Part shown: piece after piece, positions 50,670-64,000 of the stretch | How positions within the stretch are numbered: position 1 is the stretch's first letter | Layout of the letters: each line of letters starts with the position of its first letter | Translations under genes and position numbers: made by a program | The notes under the pieces: model-generated | What the model saw: only the letters and a program-made list of their open reading frames with translations | Told to the model about the DNA's origin: nothing | Database searches by the model: none | Assembly: GCF_036321535.1 (NCBI RefSeq) | Contig: NC_087436.1 | Location: 15,190,001 to 15,254,000, forward strand | Direction of reading: 5' to 3' | Length of the DNA stretch: 64,000 nucleotides | Source of the DNA: Camelus dromedarius | Lineage: Eukaryota

Positions 50670-53600
50670 TGTTAGTGGGAATCCTGTCTCCTGGTTGAGA
50701 GCGAGTCTCCCCAAAGAGCTTTTTCTTTGGCTTTTGCCAGATACCCTAGGTCTAAGTCAGGGCCATTTTTCATGTTTATCTCTTACCTGGGGTGTTCCTG
50801 GACCACAGAATTGGTACATTTGAACCCCAGGTTTGCCTGAGAGCAGATTGTGACAATCAGTTCTTACGGCAGAATCTTTTGTTTTAACCTAAGTCTGGGC
50901 TAAGACTTTACTAAGATTGAGACTTTGCAGGAGGGGACAGAGGGTGTGGTCATATAGCTGGGGCTGCAGCAAGGGCACGAATATGGATGACTCAGACTTC
51001 AAATCAGGCAGGAGAGGCATCTTTACATTTCTCTCTGGCTTCTTCTCCTCTGCCACCAAGATATCCTTCCCTTCTGATTGCCGTTGGGGCTGAGGTCAGT
51101 GCACATCCCAGCTCGTCTTGTCACAGACACAGATCAAGTGACTGAGCTCTTTTGAAATTCCCCCTAGTGGTGCAGGGATACACATTCTCACCCAGCCTTT
51201 AAAAGTAGTCATTTTCCAAAAACAGTTCATCCTTAGTGAATTGTTCCCTCCCACTTTGTGTAGAAATGGTGATGCCATCTTCGTTCCTCTCAAGGAACCA
51301 CAAAAAGCAAGACAGTAGAATTAGGAGGAACAGCTGGCTATGGCGGGGGGGGCGGGGGAGCCTTTGAGGAAGCTGAGGGTTTGCTTTCCCTCCATCCCAG
51401 CCTCAGGGAACCTGTGGGACCATGTCTGGCCTTCTCCCCAAGTGACTCACTGATGCAGCCATGTGCTCCCTTCGCAGTAAGGGGATGGCTCCAGGTACAC
51501 AGTCCTTTCCCCAGAGATTCATTCCTGAGCAAGAAACAGTCAAAACTGTGTTTAGAAAAGGCTCTTCTCCCATTTTCACATCCCCTTATGCAGCTTTATT
51601 TTCCCCTCAAAATATGCGCTTGGCTGAGAGATTGAGCACAGTGACACCAAGCTCTTGTTGGAGGAGATAGTGCCATACTGAGAACTCTTAACTGTTAAAA
51701 TGAATTTGGTACACTGCTGCTCCCAGAAGTCGGCAATACTAGGAAACGAGGTGGGAATGTGTAGAAAATGAAATACGAACACATTACCAAAGATGCCCGG
51801 GAGTCCACAAGCTTAGAGGTCTTTTGTTGATATAAATATATAGTAGTTAAAAAAAATTACCTAACAGTGTTCTGTGACAGTTTTTGTCTCTGCCATTCAA
51901 GCAGCTCATGCAGGCTTTGTTCTGGTGATTTATGCTAGAAGCCTGTAATCAAAATGCAGCCTGAAATCATGCAGCTGGGTACCACTCATTTTTCTTCCAT
52001 GGACAGTTCCAGAGCTTAAAAAAATTGCAGCAGACCTGTAAAAGCTCTCCCCTCGCAGGAAATGCATGCCTGGCCACGGCAGCTGGCACCCTCTGGTTTC
52101 TTCTGCTCCATGGAGTCGCTGGTGATGCTGTGGGGGTTTTCAGGCCAGTTTAATGAGAATTAGAAAAGAGCTTCCAGGAAGGTATTGTACGGTTCTAGGG
52201 AGTCCGTAAAAATAATACTCCTTTCCCCTCTTGAGTCGGAACCAAGTGAGAAATCAGCCTAGAATTCAGACAGAGGGAGGTGAATGTGTCAGCTTTATCA
52301 CCGATAATAGCTCGATCACAAAACGCACCGTGATCTATCCAGATGGCTTCTAGTACTTCCTACCTAAGCGGAAATCAGCTCTCCCAAACCATAGGCCTTT
52401 CACTGGCAGAAAGCTTATCACGTGGCCAGAGAAGACTTGAACATACTATCTCGGTAGGCATGCTGATCAGAAGGAGCTCAGGCAGGCTTTGTCCTGCTGA
52501 GTCATACTAGAGGCCTAGAATAAAAATGCTCAGCCACAAGGAGCCAACCCCGTGTGTTCAGTTCCTTTTCCCAAAGTTGCTAGTCAGAAAAGTCACTCCT
52601 CTTTGGGAGGACAAAAGAATATAGAATGGAGGATAAAACCCAGCTAACATAGAAACGTGGGGACAGGGGAGGAGAGGATGCCCGGGTCTGCCCTCAAAAT
52701 CACGGGCCAGCTTTACTGTGTCTGCATTGCCTCTGGGAGTAGAAGTGAGACGCAGGTTTGGGGTGGGTCCTGTGGAATTCTTTCTCCACGCCACAGGCTT
52801 AGCCACGTGTCATCTGTGGCTGCCAGGATGGATCTTTGTTACTTGGTCATTTTTAGATGTCTTTTCAGCTTCACATTTAGTATTGGTGGTTCTCCACACT
52901 GCAGCATCTTGGGGGATTTCTTTTCCTCAGCTCTTTTTAAAATCTTGGCGAGGTGAGGGAGTTATTTGCCTTTGGCATCCCAGATACGACAAGCGTAGGC
53001 TTGGTGATGCTGGCATCGTTCACGTCGTCAGGCTGGGCTCCTCTGAAGAGCATTCTGTTACATGTGGCAGAGGGTTCTTGCTAGCAGCCTTCCACCACTG
53101 GTTGCATCCTTATGATAAAGCCTGGAGCTGGGGCAGGGAGGGTAAATGGGAATCAGAAAACGTTGGTGTTCCCAGGAGCCTTAAAAGTCCTCTATTCCAC
53201 ATTTTGATGCATGAGTCTCCTTTCACGAGTATAAAAGCCAGATGCGTAATCAATCAAGGGTCTTTGTCACGCTCTGCAGCTTTCTCAGGAGATGCAGCCA
53301 GGCAGTCATATGTGATTGTCAGTAGCATCTTGAATTTTCAGTGATGTTTGCCGACTCATAGGCCACCCGGGTGAGCAAGGTCAGAGGCTCCAACCCCAAC
53401 TGATAGGAGAAGAAATTGAGGGCCTTTTTAACTTGCCCAAGGACACAAGGAGGTCAGGAGCCCAGTTAAAAATAGAAGTGAAAGTTGCCTGGTTCCCATT
53501 CTTAGCACCCGAATAAATCACCAGACCGCATTCCCTTCTGCGGTATTTGCTAATTGTTCATTTCCGACAAAACAACAGGAAATTTTTCCTTTATAGCTGG

Positions 53601-54509
53601 TTGTAAACATTTCAGATGGCTGTCGTCACTCATAACCTTTGTTTGCTTATCACAGCTAGCTGGCTCTCTTACTTACGTGTTGCTTGTTCTCTTCCATTTT
53701 TCCTTCTAGGCAGAGAAGTTAATGTACGTGAAAGCACTTTATAACTCAAGTGGCATGTGAATATTACTTGGTATTATTGTGGTACTCATATTCTTAACTT
53801 TGCATCATTAAAATATAAATACAGATAGTACTTCCATTTTATAGCGGCCAGTAGGGTTCGGCATTTAAAATGGCACGGATCACAAGAGCATAAATGACAA
53901 TTAATGTGAAGTTCTCCATCATAGATGTCTTTCAGAGAAGCACACGTTGAGAACTTACAGGTATGTTTACACAGTGAGGCAACAGAATTGAAGCATTAAC
54001 AGCAAATAAGATACATATACAACTTCGGAGGAAGCTCAAAGTATTTTCAACTAGAAAAGACGTAGCTGAGGAAAGTTATTTTCCTTCCAGCCAAAAGAAC
54101 ACATCTTCCTTTCATGTTCTTGATTATGTATATATATTGTCTATATGCAGGATTTATACACATATATAGATGGTGCAGAACTCCCTGTTAATGGATTTAT
54201 CACGTATAAAATGAAATACGTAGTACTGCTAAGAGGCTTGCACTGTTCTTCATTATCTACACAAGTTATGATATGTCCACCACTTAATTTTGGCACAGAA
54301 AGGTGTAGATAGACATTGTATATAGAATGTTTTCTTTTCTACAGCTGATTTTCAGCAACAGTGAATGGGAGCCTCGAGACACATGTGTGGTTTACAAGTT
54401 AGCATCAGTTTAAATAGCTCCAGCCTCCTTTGGCTCTCTCCCCCACTGACAGCTTGTAACGTCTCATGTCCTCTTAGGTAGGAGAATGATCTACTCCTGT
54501 CTTCCTCCC

Positions 54510-54950
54510 CCAGACATTTTATTTTGAAAAAATTCAAACTGATAGAAAAGCTGAAAGTACACTGAACATCCATCCTGCGCCTAGATTGGATGAGCCATTT
54601 GAGAGTCAGTTGCGGACATCATGGCCCTTCATCCCCAGATGTTTCAGCATCTTTCCTGGGAACGAAAACATCCTGATATCGATGGCTGTTGTAATTGTCG
54701 GTCTCAAGAAAGATGACATGAATACAATACTCTCATCCAAGTTCATACCCACTTTTTATTTTCTTCTCCCCAACTCAGGATCCTGTCAGAGATCAGACAT
54801 TGCATTTAGTTCTTGTGACTTTTTAGTCTACTTTTTTCTTTCTTTTCCCTTTCCCTTTCTTTCTATCCCCACCCTCCTTTCCTCTTTTCCTCCCTCTTTC
54901 CTTTTCTTTTTCTTCCTTTCATGACATTGACCTTTTTCTTTTTAAAGTCC
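54510..54950 (-). mobile_element. Older L1M 3'-end relic hosting the 54965-55818 insertion
   Basis: TTTATTTTGAAAAATTCAAAC...AGAAAAGCTGAAAG...CCATTTGAGAGTCAGTTGCGGACATCATGGCCC, a typical old L1MB/ME 3' end. Confidence 0.6.
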
Positions 54951-54964
54951 AGGCCAGTTCTTTT

Positions 54965-55818
54965 TTTTTTTTCTTCCATTTTTAATTGAAGTATGGTTAA
55001 TTTTCAGTGTTTCAGGTGTATAGCACAGGGATTCAGTTATGCATATATATATATAAATCTATTTTTTTCAGTTTCTTTTCTATTATAGGTTATTACAAGA
55101 TATTGAATAGAGTTCCCTGTGCTATACAGTAGGCCCTTGTTGTTTATCTATTTTATATATGTTAATTCCAAACTCCTAATTTATCCCTCCCTCCTTCCCC
55201 TATGGTAACCATAAGTTTGTTCTCTATCTGTGAGTCTGTTTCTGTTGTAAATAAGTTCATTTGTATCTTTTTTTTATTCCACATATAAGTGATATCATAT
55301 GATATTTATCTTTCTCTGTCTGAATTACTTCACTTAGTATGACAATCTCTAGGTCCATCCATGTTGCTGCAAATGGCATTATTTCATTCCTTTTTATGGC
55401 CAAGTAATATTCCCTTGGGTATATATACTTTATCCATTCATCTGGTGATGGACATTTAAGCTGTTTCCATGTCTCGGCTATTGTAAATAGTGCTGCTATG
55501 AACATTGGGGTGCATGTATCTTTTCCAGTTAGAGTTTTCTCTGGCTAGATGCCCAGGAGTGGGATTGGTGGATCATATGGTAAGTCTATTTTTAGTTTTT
55601 AAAGGAATTCCCATACTGTTTTCCATAGTGACAGCACCAAATTATATTCCTACAACAATGTAGGAGGATTCCCTTTTCTCCACACCCTTCCCAGCATTTA
55701 TTATTTGTAGACTTTTTAATGATGGTCATTCTGACTTATGTGAGGTGATACCTCATTGTAGTTTTGATTTGCATTTCTCAAATAATTAGTTATTTGAGCA
55801 TCTTTTCACATACCTGTT
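54965..55818 (-). mobile_element. 5'-truncated L1 (ORF2 C-terminus plus 3'UTR)
   Basis: 15-bp TSD CAGGCCAGTTCTTTT (54950-54964; 55819-55833). ORF 55257-55505 ([20 protein letters not shown]...) is the ORF2 C-terminus. Confidence 0.92.
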
Positions 55819-57204
55819 CAGGCCAGTTCTTTTATTATCCACTCTTGAAGTGAACATAACTAAGGAAATAGGAGTTTTGCCCTATGAAAGTTTGGCCTTT
55901 TTCTTTTTCCTTTTAGCCCCCATGATTTCATGGCTTGCCATGAAGCCTCTAACAAGATGCTATATACCTATTGGATACATAAAACTCAGGATGTTTTTTT
56001 CTTCCTAAAAATCTGGGTCCTGATAGACTCTTCCAAATGCTCTCCCCTCAGGGCATTCCTGGGACTAATGAATAGAGCTGGTGCACTTTTGATGGAATGA
56101 CATGCGTCTCTCAGAATTGCTCCTGTTATTCACAGGTCTTGTTCCACGACATTCCCTGTCCACACCAATGTGAGGACCTAGCTGGCATTTCTTAGAGTTT
56201 GGTTGGTTCAAGCCAGTTGCTTTGCTTCTCAGCAATCGCCAGAGCTTTCAGCTAAGTACTAACCTTTTATATAAAGATAAAAGTAGATCTCATTCTGAAT
56301 CATTAGAGCTTTTCACTCATTAAGTTAATGTTTCTTTTCACTCTCAGTGATTACTCTTGAGGTTTCAGTAATATGAAAAGTTTATCCTTCCATTGAATCT
56401 GTCTAAGTGTAGAGAGATAAATTTTAGGATAGGTTAGAGAAGAGTTGGCAGCTTCGGTATGGGGGCAGTGATCTAAAATGAGTGGATTTTGTATGCGTTA
56501 GCCTTTTTGATATCAATATACTTTTCTTAAATGCTATAAACAAGAGAGACAAATATTCAGAGTTTAAGTTAAGGGGAAATATTTCTCCATGAAAGATCCT
56601 GGCCCCATCCCAAAGCTTTATTCAAAAAGAATAAGGTTTTTTTTAAAGTTTGATCCCCGTGCCTACTCCATGCCTTCATACATCGCTTTTCCACAGACTC
56701 TCTGAATTTCAAAAGTAGCTGCTGTCTGAGAAGACAGGGAGTCACGAATGTGCTGTGGGCAACGAGACAGCGGTAAAAACTGCCTCAATTAACTGATCTG
56801 TGACTGCTCAACCTGTCAGGAGGTAGTTTCCTTTCCCTTAAGAATGGGAGCTTTTTCCAGGCACAGGCAAGCTTAAAATTTTTCCAGGAAAATTTTGCTT
56901 CATGATAAAACAGAGAAAATGAAGTAATATAAACTTTTTGAGACATTAAGAAGTATGATTTCTATTCCACTGCAAATGACACACTAATTATCACAGAAAG
57001 GTGTTGGTTATCATTTAAGGGGGAAATACTGTGTTGACATAATACATAATTTCAGCATCTGTTGTGCCTTACTTCGGACTGTAAATCCAGACTAATGGAT
57101 CTGTGGAGCTGTTGAGACCTTTTTTCATTAGATTCCCTTGCTTCCTAGAGAAGCTTGCATAGGAAAGATTAAATTGATTTTGCATTTGGTAACACTTCCA
57201 TTCT

Positions 57205-57400
57205 GATACTGGTATTTACTAAATGTCTACCACATGTCGAGTAATTTTATTTAACTCAGAACAATCCTGCAAGGTAGCTATTTTTTCCCCTAACAGATAA
57301 GGAAAGCGAGGCTGAGACAGGTTAGATGATTTGTGTGAGGTCACACAGCCAATGAGTAGAGATAAGATTTAGGCCCAGGTCTTTCCTACTCAGTTTTGCC
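57205..57400 (-). mobile_element. MIR relic
   Basis: ACAATCCTGCAAGGTAG...ACAGATAAGGAAAGCGAGGCTGAGACAGGTTAGATGATTTG...AGGTCACACAGC. Confidence 0.7.
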
Positions 57401-59359
57401 CCTGTCTGTCAGTCAGTAAAAGTCTTCTCAACATCAGGTTAATTGCCAGTGAGTCATGCCAAATTAGTAACTGTGGGGAGTGTTGTGGAAACAAGGAACC
57501 AGTTCACCTGTACACCCCGTCTCATTTTTTACTGGCTGCCAGCCGTTCTCAAACCTCCCTCTCTAACCTAGCTAACTGCGCAAGGATGAGGCTTCAGAGA
57601 GGTCCACTGTAGTCACTGGATTGACCTCCAGCCCCAAGTGAAGTCCAGGCACACCAGGCTGTGTCGTGTGAGAATTCTTCTTACCGGGGCCCACGGCAGG
57701 CCTGGAGCCCTTCCTTCTTCTCCCTCCAAGCCCAGGGGTGAATGTCGGGTTAGTATTCCAGAGGTCCTTGGAAAAGCAGGGGAGATTGCTCCAGTGTCGA
57801 GGGCCACGCTGGTTTAGGCTGCCCTCTCCACTCACAGCTTTCCCATGGTGAGTGTGGGCTCCAGCCCTGGGCCACCTGACCTTGCCGGGTAAGCACAGGC
57901 AGGAGGAGGATGGAATCCCAGACGAGGAGGATGGGCCTTCCGGCACCTTGGACCAAGGAAGTATCCTTGCCTTTGATCCTGACCAGTCCAGGGAGTGGAA
58001 TCGGTGCAGGAGGGCTGAGAGGAGAGAACCCTGGAGCTGAAGGACAGCTGAAGCTGCCAGACCACACCTCCTTTCTGTGAACAAGAATTGTCTCCTGTGG
58101 AATGGATATTTGGTTTTTTTTTTTTCCTTCTGTGAAAGATTTAAAAAAAGAGAGAAATTGTTGCATTCACTTTCCCTTTTTCCCCAGGCAGTGCCTATGT
58201 TCAGGTGTAAAGAACATACATATCTATGTGGGTTTATCTATATAAATATTTAATATTTGTGTAAAGCTGGGCACTTTTCACGGTAAAATTCCACTTTAAA
58301 AAAAAGTATCTTAACTGAGCAGTTGTAGCAAGCTCAGTCGTCAGAGCTGAAAGTGTTGGTATTTGTATGGGTGATGATAAAAGAGCTCAGTGGTGAGAAG
58401 GACATTGGGGTGAGGAGATGGGGGAACAGCTTTCTTTACCATAATGAAAATTTATCTGTGTGGTAACTTTTGCTTTGAATATGAATCAGAGGGAGTTCAT
58501 GCTTAGAGACAAATTTACGGTTAGCAGTAGTATAAAGGCCCGTTTTACTGCCGTATTTTTACTTAATAAATCTTAATTACTTGCTGTCCATAAATTGAAG
58601 CATTTACCATGCTATATCTTAATCATCAGATTTGTCATATATAGCATTAGGTTCATAGAATAGTTGCCATTTGGGCTTTTTGTAAAACATCGCCTTGTAG
58701 TCTTGTTTTCAAGCTCCAGAGGAATTGCTGACTGGATTTTCGGGGGGGGGGTACACTAGTCTGGTCATGCTGCCTCATTTTTTAAGGAGGTCCTGGTACC
58801 TACTGGACTAACTTTAGGTATCATATCATCATGGGCTCACCAGTTGAGGGTAAAGTAGGAAGAGGAGAGAAATGGCGTGAATTACAGCCTATTTTGAAAG
58901 ACATGCAATTTTATTCCTTTGAAGTATGTCGCAAAGTACTTCCTGGCATAGGTTTCTGAGGTTTCTGACTTTTGTGAATAGATTTATTTGTAATTAGTAG
59001 AATTTCACATAAATATGTTAAAGTCCTAGGGAATATTTTATTGACTTAAGTAAGCTATGCAGTCTTCTTCATTCTGTAATTTGCTCAGCAAATCCTTTCC
59101 TAACAGTTAATGTAGCCTTAGGGTTCAGTCCAACCCGAGTTGAGTTATCACAGATGCTCCTTAGAAGTTAGTAGCATTTCATAAATCTTGGCTCTGAGTA
59201 TGTGAAAAAGGAGTCCACAGAATTTTCATTTTTATGTTGATTGGGCAGACTTGAGAGTGGCAGCATTTTATCAATTAGATATTTATCTAAAGAAAAGGTC
59301 ACAGAAGTGAGTATAAAAATGGTTGGAATTTCATTATAGACTATGACTTCAGTTAAAAA

Positions 59360-59892
59360 AAAATGGATGTGATTTGCTGCGTGGTCATGGCCAGCATTCC
59401 TCAGATCCTCGCCTCCCCATTCCCCTGCTCTTTCCAGCATCACGGGCAGGGGCTGCTCCCACAGGCTGCCATACCCAGTGTCCCCCAGTCCCACCCCCCT
59501 CAGCTGGTCTGTGGCTGGTGAGGCCAACAGGAGGCTCTGAAGAAAGACTGGAGGTGGTAGGAAAGAAGCAATAGGGTATTTCTCCTTCTCCTTCTCCTTC
59601 CCTCTTCCTCTGGCAGCATCTCTAGTTGTGGATGGATCTCATTTGTGGCTCCTGCTCCTGGGAGACAGGTCCATCGTGTTTCCAGCATCCTCTGGCACCC
59701 CTGCCCTGGTGCCAGTCCCACTGCTTCTCCCCACCCTTCCCTCTGGCCCTGGGGCAGGAGTGTCTTCCTGCTGTTGAGAATCTTCTAAGTTGCCTCTTTG
59801 ACTTCTCGGCTCTTCTGTCATTAGTGTAATAGTCTCTGTATTAAATCTGTCTTATTTTACATGCTAAGAATGGTTTCTTTCTCCTGACGTAC
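59360..59892 (+). mobile_element. Old ERVL-type LTR (LTR33/LTR16-like)
   Basis: 3' end CTGTATTAAATCTGTCTTATTTTACATGCTAAGAATGGTTTCTTTCTCCTGAC resembles ERVL LTR termini. 5' boundary uncertain. Confidence 0.45.
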
Positions 59893-61360
59893 ATTTTATA
59901 GAACAACTTTGCTTTTATTTCTAGCTTATGGAGTTTGGGATGTTGATAAAGGGAATGCTAAATTATTCATTAGCTCAGTTAATGTTTAATCAGCTTTGTG
60001 TTGCTTTCAGGTAATGGGGCAAAGAAAATAAAATGACCTGACTGCCCTCAGGGGGCTCAGTCTGGCTGGGGAGACGGTGCTTCTCCAGCGTACACGGGAG
60101 CTGAGGAGGAGGAGTACCTCCACTGGGGTGCTGGTGGGACAACCAGGAGTCTTGTGAGGTGCGGAGGTCTTGCTTAAGTGCATGAGCAGCAGAAGCAGCT
60201 ATTTGTACCGAAGCATGTCATGTGCACCACTGTGTGAGAGCCTGTTGGGTCAGGGGGCAGTGGAAGAAGAGGAAGCTAGAGAGGTAATCAGGGGCTGAAT
60301 CACGAAGAGCATTGAAGACTCCACCAAGCGTGTGGAGTGTATCCTTTTGGTGATGGGGAGGAGTGGAGAGGGATTTTAAGCAGGGGAATTACATGAACAG
60401 ATTTATCCCTTAGAAAGGTCGCTCTTGAATTGGGTGTGGAGGAGAGATCAGAGGGTGGAGGTGAAGAAACCTGGCCAGGTGGTGGTTTGTGCAGAAGTCT
60501 TGGTTGCAGGAGGGATGTTTGAGTGGAGGCCTGAATCAGATTGGAGCATTTGGGAAGAGGGGAAAAAAATCAAGACATACTAAGAACGTAGAATGTGTAT
60601 AACTTGATTTTTTGGGGGGCAGTGGGGCAGGATGTATTGGGAGTTGGCAGTAAATGATCGTTTACTCAGAGACAAGGAAATGTTTGTTTGGTTAGGCTAC
60701 ACAAGCCTTAAAACTAGAAGACTGCTTCTCATATCAGGGTCACAATGTGTCCTTCGAGGTCTCATGACATTCCTGGGTTATTTATGCTGCCTTGAACTCC
60801 AAATGTATTTCCCCCCCCCCCCCCCCCCCCCGTTCTGGCTGCAGCACTACTTATATTTTGCAAACAAGCCAAACAAGTGCTTCTTTTTAAAACCAGTCAC
60901 TACCCACTGCCCCGTATCCTTTTTCTGGCCATGATCTGCCCAGTCCCTCTCTCTGCTGGTCATGAAATTTATTGGCTGTCTCATCTCCCTTTGCCTTTCA
61001 TACCTTTCTTATCTTCCAGTTAAATAAAAGAATTAGCTCTTCACTTATTCGATAAATTGTTTCACAGGTACTTACATCTAAAGGTTTCAGAAGTTGAGCA
61101 GTAAAACATCCCCTGCTAATTGAGAAAAACTATAGGTCTGCTCGTTAGTGAACCCTTCACACGCCAGAGCCTGTGTGCTGAGCGTTGTAGACAGTTAAAT
61201 GAACATGACGCTTGCCCTCTTAGAGCTCAATGTCTGAAATCAAACCTATGCAGACAGAAACTGGCAAGAAGAAAATGTCAGAAACAGGATCTGCCTTAAA
61301 CTCTACCATGGGATTTGGTTTGAGCCACTGCTCCAGAGTTATGGCCCAGTGTTAGTAATC

Positions 61361-64000
61361 TTTTTTTTTTTAATTCTTATTTTTTATTGACGTGTAGAAG
61401 ATTTACAATGTTAGTATCAGGTGCACAGCAAAGTAATTCAGTTATACATATACATACATATATATACCCAGCTATTTTCGGATTCTTTTCCATTATAGCT
61501 CATCACAAGAAATTGAGTATAGTTCCCTATACAGTAGGTCCTTGTTGTTTATCTTTTTTATAAATAGTAATGTGTGTCTGTTAATCCAAAACTCCTAATC
61601 TATCCCTCCCCCACCTTTCTCTCCTGGTACCCATAGTTTGTTCTGTGTCCCTGAGTCTGTTTCTGCATTATAAATAAAATTTGTACCTTTTTTTTTTTTA
61701 AGATTCCATATATAAGCAGTATCATATGGTATTTGTCTTTCTCTGTCTGGCTTACTTCACTTAATATGATAATCTCTAGGTCCATCCATGTGGCTGCAAA
61801 TAGCATTATTTTATTCTTTTTATGGCCAAGTAGTATTCCATCGTGTCTGTCAGTGTGTGTGTATATATATACACATACACACACACATACATACCAAATC
61901 GTCTTTATCCAGTCATCTGTTGATGGACATTTAGGTTGTTTCCATGTCTTGGCTATTGTAAATAGTGCTGCTGGAATATTGGGGTGCATGTGTCTTTTCG
62001 AATTATATTTTTCTCCATATGTATGCCCAGAAGTGGGATTGCTGGATCATATGGTAACTCTGTTTTTAGTTTTTTAAGGAACCTCCATACTGTCCTTTAT
62101 AGTGGCTGCACCAATTTGCATTCCCATCAGCAGTGTAGGAGGGTACCCTCTTCTCCACACCCTCTCCAGCATTTATAATTTGTAGATTTTTTAATGATGG
62201 CCATTCTGACTTATTTGAGGTGATCTACCTCATTGTAGTTTTAATTTGCATTTCTCTAATAATTAGGAAAATTGAGCAACTTTTCATGTGCATGTTGACC
62301 ATCTGGATGTCTTCTTTGGAGAAATGTCTGTTTAGTCTTCTGCCCACTTTTTGACTGGGTTGCTTATTTTTTTAAATATTAAGCTGTATGAGCTGTTTGT
62401 ATATTTTGGAACTTAGTCCCCTGTCTGTCACATCATTTGTAAATATTTTCTTCCATTCTGTAGATTGTCTTTTTGCTTTGTTGATGTGCAAAAGCTTTTT
62501 AAGTTTAATTAGGTCCCATTTGTTTATTTTTGCTTTTATTTCTATTACTCTAGGATCTGGTTTGAAAAAAGTATTGCTGCAATTTATGTCAAGGAGTGTT
62601 CTGCCTATGCCTATGTTTTCCTCTAGGAGTTTTGTAGTATCCTGCCTTACATTTAGGTCTTTAATCCATGTTGAGTTTATTTTTGTATGTGGTGTTAGAG
62701 AATGTTCTAATTTCATTCTTTTACGGGTAGCTGTCCAGTTTTCCCAGCACCACTTATTGAAGAGACTGTCTTTTCTTCATTGTGTATTCTTGCCTCCTTT
62801 GTCAAAGATTAATTGACCATAAATGCATGGGCTTATTTCTGGACTTTCTGTGCTGTTCCGTTGATCAATGTGTCTTTCTGTGCCAGTACCATACTGTTTT
62901 GATTACTGTAGCTTTGTTCTATCGTCCAAGGTTGGGGAGCATGAGTCCCCCAGCTCCATTCTCCTTTCTCAAGATTGTTTTGGCTATTTGGGGTCTTTTG
63001 TGTTTCCATACAAATTTTAACATTTTTTTTTGTTACAGTTCTGTGAAAAATATCACTGGTAATTTGATAGGGATTGCATTGAATCTATATATTGCCTTGG
63101 TAGAAGTATGGCCATTTTAGCAATATTTATTCTTCCAGTCCAAGGACACAGTATATCTTTCCATCTCTTTGTGTCATCCTCAGTTTCTTTCATCAGTGTC
63201 TCATAGTTTTCGGAGTACAAGTCCTTTTGCCTCCTTAGGTAGGTTTATCCCTAGGTGTTTTGTTCTTTTTGATGTGATGGTAACTGGGATTATTTCCTTA
63301 ATTTCTTTTTCGGATATTTCTTTGTTAGTGTACAGAAATGCAACTAATTTCTGTGTATTAATTTTGTATACTGCAACTTTACAGAATTCATTGATGAGAT
63401 CTAGTAGTTTTCTGGTAGTGTCTTTAGGATTATCTATGTATAGTATCATGTCATCTGCAAACAGTGACAGATTTACTTCTTCTTTTCCAATTTGGATTCC
63501 TTTTATTTCTTTTTCTTCTCTAATTGCCATGGGCTAGGACTTCCAAAACTATGTTGAATAAGAATGGTGAGAATGGGCATCCTTGTCTTGTTCCTGATCT
63601 TAGAGGAGATGCTTCCAGCTTTTCACCATTGAGTATGATGTTAGCTGTGGGTTTGTCATATATGGCCTTTATTATGTTGAGGTATGTTCTCTGCCCACTT
63701 TTTAGAGAGTTTTTAATCATAAATGGATGTTGAATTTTATGAAAAGCTTTTTCTGCATCTATTGAGATGGTCATATAGCTTTTATTCCTCAAGTTGTTAA
63801 TGTGGTGTATCATGTAGACTGATTTGCAGATATTGAAAAATCCTTGCATCCCTGGGATAAATCCCACTTGATCATGGTGTATGATCCTTTTAATGCATAG
63901 TTGGAGTTGATTTGCTAGTATTTTGTTGAGAATTTTTGCATCTATATTCATAAGTGATATTGGCCTGTAATTTTCTTTCTTTGTGATATCTTTGTCTGGT
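61361..64000 (-). mobile_element. Degenerate L1 (ORF2 RT to 3'UTR), extends beyond the window
   Basis: Minus-strand ORF fragments [14 protein letters not shown]...DAEKAF...[43 protein letters not shown]. Multiple frameshifts; T-run 3' end at ~61361. Confidence 0.95.

Noticed and set aside
52718..53344. 208-aa plus-strand ORF in GATB intron 2
   Set aside because: Non-ATG start, no recognisable domain, not GATB sequence, and no convincing splice context.
57572..58166. Overlapping ORFs in a GC-rich patch including an acidic EEDG repeat
   Set aside because: No recognisable homology. The GAGGAGGATGG duplication and GC content explain the open frames.

Overview
Mammalian genomic DNA, probably camelid (inferred from a tRNA-derived SINE family resembling Vic-1; not verified). 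The only host gene I can support is the 5' end of GATB (PET112; mitochondrial glutamyl-tRNA(Gln) amidotransferase subunit B) on the + strand. It comprises a CpG-rich promoter with two back-to-back ZNF143/SBS-type motifs, coding exon 1 (35827-36002) and exon 2 (38150-38300). Intron 2 appears to run off the window end, as I found no exon 3. The rest is intergenic or intronic and repeat-rich. It holds a young full-length 7.1-kb LINE-1 (22466-29574) with a perfect 17-bp target-site duplication (TSD) and only four visible disabling lesions, several TSD-bounded truncated antisense L1s in intron 2, three ERV1-type solo LTRs plus a nested MLT1/LTR/SINE stack at 2.4-6.4 kb, two HAL1-like relics, and L2/MIR/MER fossils. 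Most short ORFs in the supplied track are spurious or repeat-derived. I see no prokaryotic-type system and no convincing novel protein-coding system. The most notable items are features of the young L1 (YADD instead of FADD, short in-frame ORF2 deletions, ~59-bp 5'UTR repeats), a repeat-poor TALE-motif-dense candidate enhancer, and several local insertion and duplication events. Repeat family names are from memory of consensus sequences, not from a database search.
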